IMG/VR virus record: IMGVR_UViG_2541047695_000003
Source: a virus
Taxonomy: Duplodnaviria > Heunggongvirae > Uroviricota > Caudoviricetes
Reading direction: 5' to 3' (one strand)
Length of the DNA: 34,489 nt
Made by a program: the position numbers and the translations under genes. Shown in pieces: positions 24,109 to 33,086 of this stretch. Below the pieces are notes generated by a model. The model was not told the DNA's origin, did not search any database, and worked only from the letters and a program-made list of their open reading frames with translations. Within the stretch, counting starts at the first letter, position 1. Every line of letters begins with the position of its first letter.

Positions 24109-27100
24109 TGGGATTTGAAATATTAGTAGGCGCGGTGATCGCTGGTGCTTCGGCGGGGATGGCGGCAGCCGCAACATTTTCTGTTATGACCGCAGTCGCT
24201 ATCGGTATGGCTGCTGGTGCAATGACCTTGATCGCTTCCACTGTAGGCGCACCAAAAACACCGAAAGTACAAAGCCCAGATAATGCGGTGACACTAGGAA
24301 CATCAAACGATCCGAAAACAGTATTACCCGTTCTTTTTGGTACTACCCGCACGGGTGCAATCTGCGTTTACAAGGCAATTTCACAGCGTGAAAATAACAA
24401 GCTGGTACAAATTTTTGCTATTGCCGAAGGTGAGATCGATCACTTTAAAGCACTGCACATCGATAATAAAAACGTTCTCATTAGCCAGAATATGACAATT
24501 CGTGATGGCATTCTCGATAAAGGAAACATTAAAGACGAATACCGCAAAGTTTTAGAAGTCGAGTTTCGCACGGGTAAAAATCCTAACACTGCATTGGATT
24601 TAGCTAAACATCATTTGGGCGCTGATTGGGATGATCGGTATCAGGGTAACGGCATTGCGACCATGTGTATTGTTTTACGTCGTGATGACAAATCTTTGGC
24701 TGCTGGTGTTGATATTCTCCAGCCTAATAGCCAGGTAGCGGTCGATGTTATGGGCTTAAAGATTCGTAACCTTGAAACCAATGCTATTGAGGCTAGCACT
24801 AACGGCGTGGACCAGATTTTCCATTATCTGACAAATACAAAGTATGGTCTTAGTGTACCGATTGAAAATATTAACGTTGATTCATTCCTGAAAGTGCGTA
24901 AACAAGTACGCCAGATGGATTTACATTCCAACGGTGCATGTGATCCGAACGCCAGCTTTAAAGAGAACTTAACTAGCCTTATGCAGACTTTCGGCGGGGT
25001 GATGTTCGAATCCTTTGGACGTATTACGCTGAAACTGGATGCTCCTGATATTGTTAAGCATACCTTCAATGAAGACAATATCATGATGGGAAAAGTATCA
25101 CTGAAAACAGGTGGCACTAACGGTTATTTCAATACCATTAACGCGATGTATCAAGAACCATCAATCGACTATTCAGAGCAAATGCTACGTTATCCGGCTG
25201 ATGCTGAAAACGATGCTACTATTCGTCAAGATGGTCGAATTATCGCTAAAGATATTGAATATCGTTTTGTTAAGTCTAAAGCCCAGATTGATAAACTTGC
25301 GAGTGTAGAACGAAATAAATCTCGTATCACTCAGGTTATCAGCTTTATGACTACTGACGCATTCACCGCCGAAGTATGGGACGTTATCAGCGTAACCTAT
25401 GATGAATTGAAACTGAATAATTCACTTTGGCGCATTACTGCAATTGATCGTTCTATTGATTCTGGTATTGCTGGGATGATGACTATCACCGCCACAGAAT
25501 ATAATTCTCAGGTTTATACTGACCTGAACTATGCGGCAACTCCAGACAATAGACCTACTGGTTTACCGGATTCAATGACAGTACAGAAACCGACTAATTT
25601 CAGAATTAAGGCAACTGGTGAGACAATCCACGGTAAAAACGTTACTTTGACATGGGATGCACCGGAAGATTTTAACCGCTACGGTTTCCAGATTGATTAC
25701 CGTGTAAGTGGATCGCCTAACTGGATTAAGCTGGGGCAGACTTCACAGCAAATTTTCAATATCAATGCACTGGCAAAAGATCGCTCCTACGATTACCGCG
25801 TTTGTGCTTTCGGTATTATTGCTCGTTCCGAATGGGTGGAACTGGTTAACCAGAATCCTACTGTTACCTATGAATTGCCGACTCCGGTTATTCGAATCAA
25901 AAATCAGGGTAGCACGCCTGGTACTTTCGAAGGCAATGATCTGATTATCGAATGGGAAAATCAGCAACAATTAGATGTGATGATCAACGGTGAAGCTAAC
26001 AAGTTTAGTGACCTGTTTGAAGCATACATTATCAAGGTAACTAACAAGGCTGGTAAGTCTATTCAGTACCGTACCCGCGATCCTGAATCATGGACTTATA
26101 CGCTTGATATGAACCAGTTTAACGGCCTTTCCCGTGAATTGACGGTAGAAGTATCAGTCAAGGGCTATAACAACTCAGAGAGCGCCCCAGCGCGTTTAGT
26201 GGCTATCAACCCACAACATAAGCCGATGAAAGGTTTTAGTGCGCGTGGTGGCTTTAATACTGCGTTTGTTAGCTGGGCGGATGACGTAGAACATGACTAT
26301 GCAGGGTCAATCATCCAGTATGCAACCGATAATACTTTCTCCGATGCAAGGGCAGTGACTACCAATAGCGTTAGTCATACTTCCTTTGATTTGGCTGACG
26401 GTGATTATTATATCCGTGGTGCTCACTATGATATTTTCGGTATGGATGATGCTGTTTGGTCTGAACCGTATTTCATGCAAATGAAATCTACCATTAGCTG
26501 GGACGATCAGGACAAAGAAGCACTGGAAGACCTGATTGGTTTACAAGATCGCTTAGATGAAACCATCGCGGATGCTATTGCTCAAGCTGGCGCTAATGCC
26601 GATGCTAAGATTGATGCAATGCATAAACAGATTACTACCGAGACAGGGCAGACGGTCCAAGCCTCAGCCGATACTCTCAAGAGTCTGATTGCTACCAGTG
26701 AGCAAGCCAGCGCAACTAAGATTGATCAGGTTAAAGCTGAACTGAAAGGCGATATCACCAAAGAAGTTAGCGCATCCGCTACTACCCTGAAACAAGCAAT
26801 TGCTACCAGTGAGGCAGCAAGCGCAAGTAAGATTGATCAAGTTCGGGTAGAAATGGATGGCAAGATTGCTGGTGTGAATCAGGAAGCAGATGTAAAAATC
26901 GATGCTTTGAAGGGAACCATTAACAGCAAATATAATCTGGCAGTTAATGCAGATGGTCGCGTGGCTGGTATTCATATGAGCGCAACCAATGATCCGGCAG
27001 AACCGACAAGAATCATCTTTACGGCTGATAAAATCGCGGTAGCTCCACAAGACGGATCAGAAGTTTGTCCGTTTGGCATCGAAGATAACAAAGTTTATCT

Positions 27101-27854
27101 TGATAATGCGATGATTCGTAATGCTGCAATTGGCACAGCCCAGATTAGTGATGCTAGTATCACCACGGCTAAGATCGGCACAGCCCAGATTAACGGCGCT
27201 CACATCCAACACGCACAGATCGGAACAGGTCATATCATTGATGGCTCTATCGATAATGCTAAAATTGGTAACTATATCCAGTCTTATAACTGGAATGGTA
27301 ACGATGGATGGTATATCGGCAAAGATGGCACTTGTCATTTTAGACACGCTAATATTCGTGGTCATTTGGTGGCTGATTCCGGCGAAATGAACAACGTAAC
27401 GATTAATTCAAGTTGCCGCATTTTGGGTATGCTTGATGCTAATCAGGTGCGTGGTGACTTCGTGAAAGTGGTTGGTAGGAGTTTCCCGCATCGCCAACCA
27501 AACTGGCCTGATGGTGCAATCACTGTAAGGGTCGAAGATGATCATCCATTCGATCGCCAAATAGTGATTCCAGCGATTCATCATAACGGGTCTGTTCGTA
27601 GTGGCGAAAGTAGCGATCATTGGGATACTTGCCGACTAATCGTTAAGAAAAATGGTGGTGTTCTATATGATCGCACTGCAACTTCTGGCTGTATGTACAG
27701 TGGAGTTATTGACATGCCAGCCGGACACGGGGCAGTAACAATGACTTTTGAAGTTTACTGTAAGGGCGTTAACAACTATAACCCAAGTGCATATATCAGC
27801 GATCTAACGGTAATGGTAACTAAGAAAGCCGCTACTGGTATTTCTGTTTCTTAA
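24108..27854 (+). CDS. Tail tip attachment / host-specificity protein, lambda J-like (1248 aa) with N-terminal lambda gpI-like hydrophobic segment
   Basis: By recall of lambda: C-terminal ~150 aa match the lambda J receptor-binding region (DDHPFDRQIV, DMPAGxGxVxxTF, VMVxKKxAxGISV); N-terminal ~95 aa resemble the C-terminal half of lambda gpI (hydrophobic Gly/Ala stretch, APKTPK, VLPVLFG); central region has Ig/FN3-like segments and repeats ATSE(Q/A)ASA(T/S)KIDQV. Confidence 0.9.
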   Translation: MGFEILVGAVIAGASAGMAAAATFSVMTAVAIGMAAGAMTLIASTVGAPKTPKVQSPDNAVTLGTSNDPKTVLPVLFGTTRTGAICVYKAISQRENNKLVQIFAIAEGEIDHFKALHIDNKNVLISQNMTIRDGILDKGNIKDEYRKVLEVEFRTGKNPNTALDLAKHHLGADWDDRYQGNGIATMCIVLRRDDKSLAAGVDILQPNSQVAVDVMGLKIRNLETNAIEASTNGVDQIFHYLTNTKYGLSVPIENINVDSFLKVRKQVRQMDLHSNGACDPNASFKENLTSLMQTFGGVMFESFGRITLKLDAPDIVKHTFNEDNIMMGKVSLKTGGTNGYFNTINAMYQEPSIDYSEQMLRYPADAENDATIRQDGRIIAKDIEYRFVKSKAQIDKLASVERNKSRITQVISFMTTDAFTAEVWDVISVTYDELKLNNSLWRITAIDRSIDSGIAGMMTITATEYNSQVYTDLNYAATPDNRPTGLPDSMTVQKPTNFRIKATGETIHGKNVTLTWDAPEDFNRYGFQIDYRVSGSPNWIKLGQTSQQIFNINALAKDRSYDYRVCAFGIIARSEWVELVNQNPTVTYELPTPVIRIKNQGSTPGTFEGNDLIIEWENQQQLDVMINGEANKFSDLFEAYIIKVTNKAGKSIQYRTRDPESWTYTLDMNQFNGLSRELTVEVSVKGYNNSESAPARLVAINPQHKPMKGFSARGGFNTAFVSWADDVEHDYAGSIIQYATDNTFSDARAVTTNSVSHTSFDLADGDYYIRGAHYDIFGMDDAVWSEPYFMQMKSTISWDDQDKEALEDLIGLQDRLDETIADAIAQAGANADAKIDAMHKQITTETGQTVQASADTLKSLIATSEQASATKIDQVKAELKGDITKEVSASATTLKQAIATSEAASASKIDQVRVEMDGKIAGVNQEADVKIDALKGTINSKYNLAVNADGRVAGIHMSATNDPAEPTRIIFTADKIAVAPQDGSEVCPFGIEDNKVYLDNAMIRNAAIGTAQISDASITTAKIGTAQINGAHIQHAQIGTGHIIDGSIDNAKIGNYIQSYNWNGNDGWYIGKDGTCHFRHANIRGHLVADSGEMNNVTINSSCRILGMLDANQVRGDFVKVVGRSFPHRQPNWPDGAITVRVEDDHPFDRQIVIPAIHHNGSVRSGESSDHWDTCRLIVKKNGGVLYDRTATSGCMYSGVIDMPAGHGAVTMTFEVYCKGVNNYNPSAYISDLTVMVTKKAATGISVS

Positions 27855-27872
27855 AATTTAATTCTAATAATT

Positions 27873-27913
27873 AATCCCGCTTAATTCTTTTGAGTTAGGC
27901 GGGATTATTTTTA
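27873..27913 (+). terminator. Hairpin AATCCCGC...GCGGGATT plus ATTTTTAT after tip protein gene
   Basis: 8-bp perfect stem, 18-nt loop, T-rich tail. Confidence 0.5.
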
Positions 27914-27959
27914 TCTAAATAATTCTGCCATTAAATTATATAAAAATATCGGGGGCGTA

Positions 27960-28238
27960 ATGACTGAAATTATATATGGCGGTATCGGTGTTATCGCCTT
28001 AATTTGTGGTGGGCTTTGGAGACTTCACCGAAATCAATTAGCCACAGAAAATAGATTGTCGAAATTGGAATCCAGCGACGCATTGTTAAACCAGAAGTTT
28101 GAGACGATGCAGAATAACCATACTCAGATTGCTGAACGTGTTTACCAAATGGAACAAACACTACACGGTATAGAGAAGAAAGTGGTTGCGATGGACGCCA
28201 AATTTGACCAAGTTCTCGACATACTCAAACAAAAATAA
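27960..28238 (+). CDS. Lysis-associated membrane protein (92 aa): N-terminal TM helix plus coiled-coil; holin or i-spanin-like
   Basis: IIYGGIGVIALICGGLW TM segment followed by heptad-like helical region; first gene of the cassette that ends with the endolysin; GGGGGCG SD. Confidence 0.5.
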   Translation: MTEIIYGGIGVIALICGGLWRLHRNQLATENRLSKLESSDALLNQKFETMQNNHTQIAERVYQMEQTLHGIEKKVVAMDAKFDQVLDILKQK

Positions 28239-28256
28239 TAATAAAGGGGTGAATAT

Positions 28257-28427
28257 ATGAAGAATAAACTTAAGAAATATTTTGGTTATCTCTTGATTGT
28301 CGCCCTCACTTATAACGTAGCTATTAGACCTCTGCTAACGTCCTTTGGGCTTGAACTCCCGGCTATGACCGTGGATGAACAATTGCTAAGGACACTGGCG
28401 GGGGTCTTTTCGTTATTAGGGGGCTAA
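28257..28427 (+). CDS. Small membrane protein (56 aa), holin-like candidate
   Basis: ATG 28257 (GGGGTGAATAT upstream), MKNKLKKYFGYLLIVALTYNVAIRPLLTSFGL...; below track length cutoff; stop overlaps next start (28429). Confidence 0.35.
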   Translation: MKNKLKKYFGYLLIVALTYNVAIRPLLTSFGLELPAMTVDEQLLRTLAGVFSLLGG

Positions 28428-28428
28428 C

Positions 28429-29112
28429 ATGGCAACCAGTACCAATAAACGAAACGCTCTAAGGACAAAGAAAGCGTTACGCCAATGGACTGATAAAGCA
28501 ACCGATACATTCGAAAGGGCGATAGGGGAAGGGGCGATCTTTGCTGCTCGTGCACTCCAGAAGAAGATTAACAAGAATGTTGATAGACCTACTCGATGGA
28601 CTCAGCAAGCTGTAGGTAATACCAACTACAAGAACCGATCAGGGACGAGACACCAAATCTTCATCAAGGGCGCAAGGGATAAGGACAAGAAGATCGGCAG
28701 TCAGGATGACTATCTGAAACACTATTTCGATGGTGGCAAAATCAATAAGCTAGTTCCAATCGCTAACGGCAAGGTCTTAGACGCCCACGGGAACATTAAG
28801 GCCATCAAAGGCGGTAAGATGATGCGTAACCTCGAAAACGGCAACTTCATCAAGGTAGAGAACAAGGAAGGGACTTTTATCATGAAGAAGTACAAGCCTA
28901 AGAAATCCCGAACCAAACGCGCTAGGAATGGATCGGCGGTGGCAAAACGTCGCTTAGAGAAACGCATACAGAAACAGAGCAAGCGAATTGTTGCCGTTAA
29001 ATCGGATAAAATTTCTACTCGTTATTCGACGCTAGGATCGTGGGAAAGCAACGAAGCAATGATGCTTGAAAACATCAATAAGCACATTAAATCGCGCATG
29101 AAATACGTTTAA
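28429..29112 (+). CDS. Highly basic hypothetical protein (227 aa, Lys/Arg-rich)
   Basis: Real-looking ORF with GGGGG SD; composition suggests nucleic-acid binding; function not recognised. Confidence 0.65.
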   Translation: MATSTNKRNALRTKKALRQWTDKATDTFERAIGEGAIFAARALQKKINKNVDRPTRWTQQAVGNTNYKNRSGTRHQIFIKGARDKDKKIGSQDDYLKHYFDGGKINKLVPIANGKVLDAHGNIKAIKGGKMMRNLENGNFIKVENKEGTFIMKKYKPKKSRTKRARNGSAVAKRRLEKRIQKQSKRIVAVKSDKISTRYSTLGSWESNEAMMLENINKHIKSRMKYV

Positions 29113-29150
29113 TCCATAAATACCCTCATAGAAACTTATGGGGGTATAAC

Positions 29151-29498
29151 ATGGCTAAAAATATTTTCACTGAATTTCCTACTTATCCGGTCGATCAGCT
29201 TTCCGGTATTTTTATTAATGGCATTAGCCCAGAATCTATGACACATGATTTTGAGGCGAAGAGAGTTAAACATAAACAATATAAAGAATGTATCCGCGAT
29301 CATGAAAAAGGGACCGTGTTTTGTGTCGCTACATTGGCTAAACGTCCTAAGTATCGTTTTCGTGTAGGACAAGAAGTTGATGTGGTTAATCCTTATAGCT
29401 TTAACTGTCTGGGCGATGCACGCGCGGTGTGTGTAGGCACTGCTCCTTATTATATCAAGGGTATGCGCTTTATTGGTTATATCTTCGAAATGATCTAA
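29151..29498 (+). CDS. Hypothetical protein (115 aa)
   Basis: ATG with GGGGGTATAAC upstream; no motif recognised. Confidence 0.6.
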   Translation: MAKNIFTEFPTYPVDQLSGIFINGISPESMTHDFEAKRVKHKQYKECIRDHEKGTVFCVATLAKRPKYRFRVGQEVDVVNPYSFNCLGDARAVCVGTAPYYIKGMRFIGYIFEMI

Positions 29499-29507
29499 GG
29501 GGGTAAT

Positions 29508-29861
29508 ATGTTAAGTAAGCATTTTTCTCGCAAGGAATTTAAATGTAAATGCGGAAAATGTGATTATGATACAATCGACGCTGAATTACTGGTGATTCTT
29601 GAGGATGTACGAGAGCACTTCGGTAAACCAGTGATTATTAACAGTGGCAACCGTTGCCCGACTCATAACAAGAATGTAGGCGGGGCAGCCAATAGCTATC
29701 ACGTTCGAGGCCGCGCGGCTGACATTGTTATCAAGGGTGTCTCGCCTGATATTGTTCATGCTTATCTTGATGGGAAATATCCTACTCAATACGGCTTAGG
29801 AAAATATAAAACTTTTACGCATATTGATTCCAGATCAAAAAAATCACGGTGGAATGGATAA
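29508..29861 (+). CDS. Endolysin, peptidase M15 family (L-alanyl-D-glutamate peptidase-like, 117 aa)
   Basis: SRKEF-x-CKCG...SGNRCPTHN...SYHVRGRAADIVI...THID matches the zinc-peptidase M15 signature found in small Gram-negative phage endolysins; strong terminator follows. Confidence 0.8.
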   Translation: MLSKHFSRKEFKCKCGKCDYDTIDAELLVILEDVREHFGKPVIINSGNRCPTHNKNVGGAANSYHVRGRAADIVIKGVSPDIVHAYLDGKYPTQYGLGKYKTFTHIDSRSKKSRWNG

Positions 29862-30225
29862 AACAAAAGCGCCTCTGGTGGGCGCTTTTTTGTTAGAATA
29901 TGCTGGCGATGTTAGCTATATTTCTGACCATTTTTTCATTATAGACAAATATACCGCAGATGATAAAGTTGTATTCGACGAAGTTGATCCGTCTCTGGTT
30001 GAAGCAATGAAAGAACCTGAGATCGTCATTGAAGAAACAAAAGAAGAATCTCCAGCAGTTGAACCAGTGGTCGAAGAAGTTAAGTCAGATGTTGAAGAAG
30101 CACCGGAAGTTAAAGTGGAATCTCCGGTAGCCAACATTTTCTCTGACGAAGCAGAACATCGTTCCCCAGCACATGACACTGATTCATTTTGCGATCTTAC
30201 TGGTTTCCAAAACTACAATAATTAA
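29824..30225 (+). CDS. Acidic hypothetical protein; start uncertain (first in-frame ATG after the terminator is at 30007)
   Basis: Track ORF overlaps the endolysin 3' end and the terminator hairpin, so the real start is probably downstream (TTG 29890 or ATG 30007); the Glu/Val/Pro-rich product could also be non-coding. Confidence 0.3.
   Translation: MIPDQKNHGGMDKTKAPLVGAFLLEYAGDVSYISDHFFIIDKYTADDKVVFDEVDPSLVEAMKEPEIVIEETKEESPAVEPVVEEVKSDVEEAPEVKVESPVANIFSDEAEHRSPAHDTDSFCDLTGFQNYNN
29868..29892 (+). terminator. Rho-independent terminator (AGCGCC-loop-GGCGCT plus TTTTTTG)
   Basis: 6-bp GC stem, 7-nt loop, T6 run directly after the endolysin stop; marks the end of the late operon. Confidence 0.75.
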
Positions 30226-30271
30226 TTCTTATAAATAGTAGTGAATATTATTTTATTGAGGATTCACTACT

Positions 30272-31270
30272 ATGAATACTACTTTAGCAAAGGATATCGA
30301 ATTTACCGCAAAAAGCAAACGTGCGACCCCTCCGGTCGAATATGAAACCAGAATCATTAAAGTTTGTCAAGTGCATGGATGGTTATACAGTGGTTTTGTG
30401 CTTCCTGTAAAGAAACCATTCCAGAACACCAAAGTTTGCATAGAAGTTAACGGAAAGGTTAAAACGCCATGTATTAGTCATGTTCTAACTGGTCAGTTTA
30501 CTGGCAAAGATAGAGTATCACCGCCTAAGAAGAAGTTTAGATTTACCGAAGAAGAACACTTAGAAAACGCTCGCAAGTTCTACAAGCCGATAGGGTGGGA
30601 TGTGTTAGGTCTGGCTGAACCTTATCAGGGTGTTGACACTAAACTAATTCTTCGTTGTAAGTGCCACGGAAAGATTCACAAGAAAGGTGATTTACACAAT
30701 AACCGCAGACAAGGCGGGTTAACATGCCCTTTGGTTAGGGGTGTACTTAAATCAATTCAGAATGGTAGAAAACAGGTTATCAGAAACAAGTTTGCACAGC
30801 GCCCTATGCACTTTTATCTAATTCGTGTTGGCGAGAAGTTTTTCAAATATGGAATTACCACTCGCAAAGATCCGATGCAACGGGTAAGAGAACACCAGAA
30901 GCACACCAGCGAGAAAATCACCTTTGAATGCTCACATTTGTTTAACATTGGATGGAAAGCTGGTGATTTAGAAATGGGGATTAAAAAGAATATTCAGGGC
31001 AAGAAAATCCCACGTAAGGTAATGAATAGCGGATTCACAGAAACGCTACCGATTAGCAAGCTGAAAGATGTTAAATCATTCATCAATGAATACATCCACA
31101 CCAACCCATCTAAGCCAATGTATTTTGATGATACCAACGCAATCAATCTGAACAACTACATTAGTGATGAAGACATAGAACGAGATTTATCGCAGTGGAT
31201 GAATGCACCGTTAGCTGATTTAACACCGGAAGACTTAGAACTCGATTTAAGCCCTTTAGAGGCTCTTTAA
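30272..31270 (+). CDS. T5orf172 / GIY-YIG-like domain protein with N-terminal Cys/His-rich region (332 aa)
   Basis: HFYLIRVGEKFFKYGITTRKDPMQRVREH matches the T5orf172 (MUG113) signature of the GIY-YIG superfamily as I recall it; N-terminal CQVHGW...C...CKCHGKIHKKGD suggests a zinc-binding module; GAGGA SD. Confidence 0.7.
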   Translation: MNTTLAKDIEFTAKSKRATPPVEYETRIIKVCQVHGWLYSGFVLPVKKPFQNTKVCIEVNGKVKTPCISHVLTGQFTGKDRVSPPKKKFRFTEEEHLENARKFYKPIGWDVLGLAEPYQGVDTKLILRCKCHGKIHKKGDLHNNRRQGGLTCPLVRGVLKSIQNGRKQVIRNKFAQRPMHFYLIRVGEKFFKYGITTRKDPMQRVREHQKHTSEKITFECSHLFNIGWKAGDLEMGIKKNIQGKKIPRKVMNSGFTETLPISKLKDVKSFINEYIHTNPSKPMYFDDTNAINLNNYISDEDIERDLSQWMNAPLADLTPEDLELDLSPLEAL

Positions 31271-31285
31271 TACAATTAAATTAAA

Positions 31286-31308
31286 AAGGGGTACAGATGT
31301 ACCCCTTA
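31286..31308. terminator. Bidirectional terminator hairpin (AAGGGGTACA-GAT-TGTACCCCTT) between convergent genes
   Basis: Perfect 10-bp stem, 3-nt loop, A/T-rich on both sides; sits between the stops of 30272-31270 (+) and 31344-33023 (-). Confidence 0.55.
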
Positions 31309-31343
31309 AAGTGTTTAGCTCGTTATACGTCGATTTAGGCCGC

Positions 31344-33023
31344 TTAAATTCCAAATTCCTGTAATGGACCTGGTATTTCCTCTTCTGGTTTCCAGTTCTT
31401 ATCTGTCAGCATGTCTAAACATGGATGCAGAACAAGCCCGTTGCTCTCCAGAATCTGCCTATCATTGATAGTTTTCAAATCAATGAATATCCGGCCTTTC
31501 CTCGTTCCTCTTGAATTTTCTATTACAACTCTCTGGGTCTTTCCATCGATGTATTCCAGCACAAACAAGTTTTTATTTCTGTCAATCCTGCTACACCCGA
31601 TCCGCTTTAGAGCTTGCTTAATCTTAAACCGGACCTTTAGTCGTTCCTCGTTATAAACATCTTCTAAATCAAATTCTGCGAGCTTCTCCCAGCCTTGAGA
31701 GTCCACAGAATACATTTCCTCTTCTGCCATCTTGATCTGATTGTAGAGTGTTTCACGCTCGCTATTGAGGGTAGTAATCTGATCGGCTAGCTCCTTCGTT
31801 GCTCCTGTCATAGCAGAAAGGGCAATCAGGTTATCAATCTTGCGTGATATTTCATCAACCTGTACTTTCAACGCCGGAACCGGATTAGCCTTGTCCTCAG
31901 CAATCCATATTTTATCAGCCAGCAATTGCAATACAGCTTTCTCTAATTGATCACCTCGAAAACTCCAGTTTGGATGCTCGCAATCAAGTCTACGTGAACG
32001 GGTCGCATCACATGTATAACGATACTGGTCAGAACGTTTGTTCGTTCCCTTCACTTTAACCATAGCGCAACCGCAATGATCACATTTCAATAGGCCAATA
32101 CCACTAAGCAGGGGGATCGGTTTAACTTCTTCCTTGTCTCCAAAGTTCCATGCTCTAGCACCAATATTTTTCTTAAGGTGATAGAACGTAGCATCATCAA
32201 TAACACGAGGGTAATAATCCTTTAACTCATAGTTAACACCATCTACAGAGACTTCCTTGATACCAATCAAAGCGCGGGTATGGAACAACCTTTCAACCAT
32301 TGCCCGTGACCATTTTGAATGCTTCTTGTTGCTTACTGCTGGTGGCGGTGTATATGTCTCGTTAAGGTGATCCAGTATCTCGGCGGTTGAACGTCCATTC
32401 TTCCGTAATTCCACAATCTCCTGAACAACAGGGAAGTATGTAGGATGAGGCAACACATAACCGGAAGTGGTATCCGTCCACCACATATTCTTTCCAACTT
32501 CCTCGATTGCCACTGCCGGATTCTGGGGATTTTCTTGATGGGCTTTAATCTTAATCAGTGCGCTTGAGTTAGTACGATTGCGCTTAGTCTGGCTTTCCTC
32601 ATTACCACGGATGAATAAAAGGATGGAGAACATCAGGTCCATCGGGTTAGCGGTAACAGTATCCAGCGAGTAGATCTTGTTATCCATGCCAGTAACAATG
32701 GTTATTCCCCTACGGATGATTGAAAGGAATAACTCCTGCGCACTGACAATATCGGCACGGGATAAGCGGTCCAAGTTTTCAATGAATAGCCAGCTACCAA
32801 CAGGAACGGATCTACCAATTGCATCAAGGAAACGAGATAGCGCCCCTGTTTTAGAGTTAGCACCCTTAAACGCAGATACACCCAGATCCTGATAATCATT
32901 TACCAGTTCAAGGTCATACTTTGCCGCAACCTCTCTCGCCATCCTGATTTGTCGTTCATAACTCGAACCATCATTCTGACGCATAGACGAGAAGCGAATA
33001 TACGAATACAGTTTAGTTTTCAT
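31344..33023 (-). CDS. Large serine recombinase (serine integrase, 559 aa)
   Basis: N-terminus MKTKLYSYIRFSS...Q with catalytic-Ser resolvase-type domain, then a recombinase domain, Cys cluster (CDHCGC...C-x-A...CEH) and C-terminal coiled-coil, the architecture of phiC31/Bxb1-type integrases. Start taken at ATG 33023 rather than the upstream TTG 33038 of the track. Confidence 0.9.
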   Translation of the reverse strand: MKTKLYSYIRFSSMRQNDGSSYERQIRMAREVAAKYDLELVNDYQDLGVSAFKGANSKTGALSRFLDAIGRSVPVGSWLFIENLDRLSRADIVSAQELFLSIIRRGITIVTGMDNKIYSLDTVTANPMDLMFSILLFIRGNEESQTKRNRTNSSALIKIKAHQENPQNPAVAIEEVGKNMWWTDTTSGYVLPHPTYFPVVQEIVELRKNGRSTAEILDHLNETYTPPPAVSNKKHSKWSRAMVERLFHTRALIGIKEVSVDGVNYELKDYYPRVIDDATFYHLKKNIGARAWNFGDKEEVKPIPLLSGIGLLKCDHCGCAMVKVKGTNKRSDQYRYTCDATRSRRLDCEHPNWSFRGDQLEKAVLQLLADKIWIAEDKANPVPALKVQVDEISRKIDNLIALSAMTGATKELADQITTLNSERETLYNQIKMAEEEMYSVDSQGWEKLAEFDLEDVYNEERLKVRFKIKQALKRIGCSRIDRNKNLFVLEYIDGKTQRVVIENSRGTRKGRIFIDLKTINDRQILESNGLVLHPCLDMLTDKNWKPEEEIPGPLQEFGI

Positions 33024-33030
33024 ACCATTT

Positions 33031-33072
33031 CCAAACAAAAACGCCCCTACCGCGTATTATAACGATAGGGGC
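33031..33072 (-). terminator. Hairpin GCCCCTA...TAGGGGC followed by U-rich tract on minus strand
   Basis: 7-bp stem with 16-nt loop; minus-strand downstream GTTTTTGTTTGG; sits between 33087-33506 and the recombinase start and overlaps the alternative TTG start. Confidence 0.4.
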
Positions 33073-33086
33073 TAGGTGATTAAAGA

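Noticed and set aside
31286-31308. Palindrome AAGGGGTACA-GAT-TGTACCCCTT as the integrase attP core
   Set aside because: The perfect 10-bp stem with 3-nt loop between convergent genes is more simply a bidirectional terminator; serine-integrase attP sites are usually longer imperfect inverted repeats around a central dinucleotide. It cannot be excluded without experimental data.
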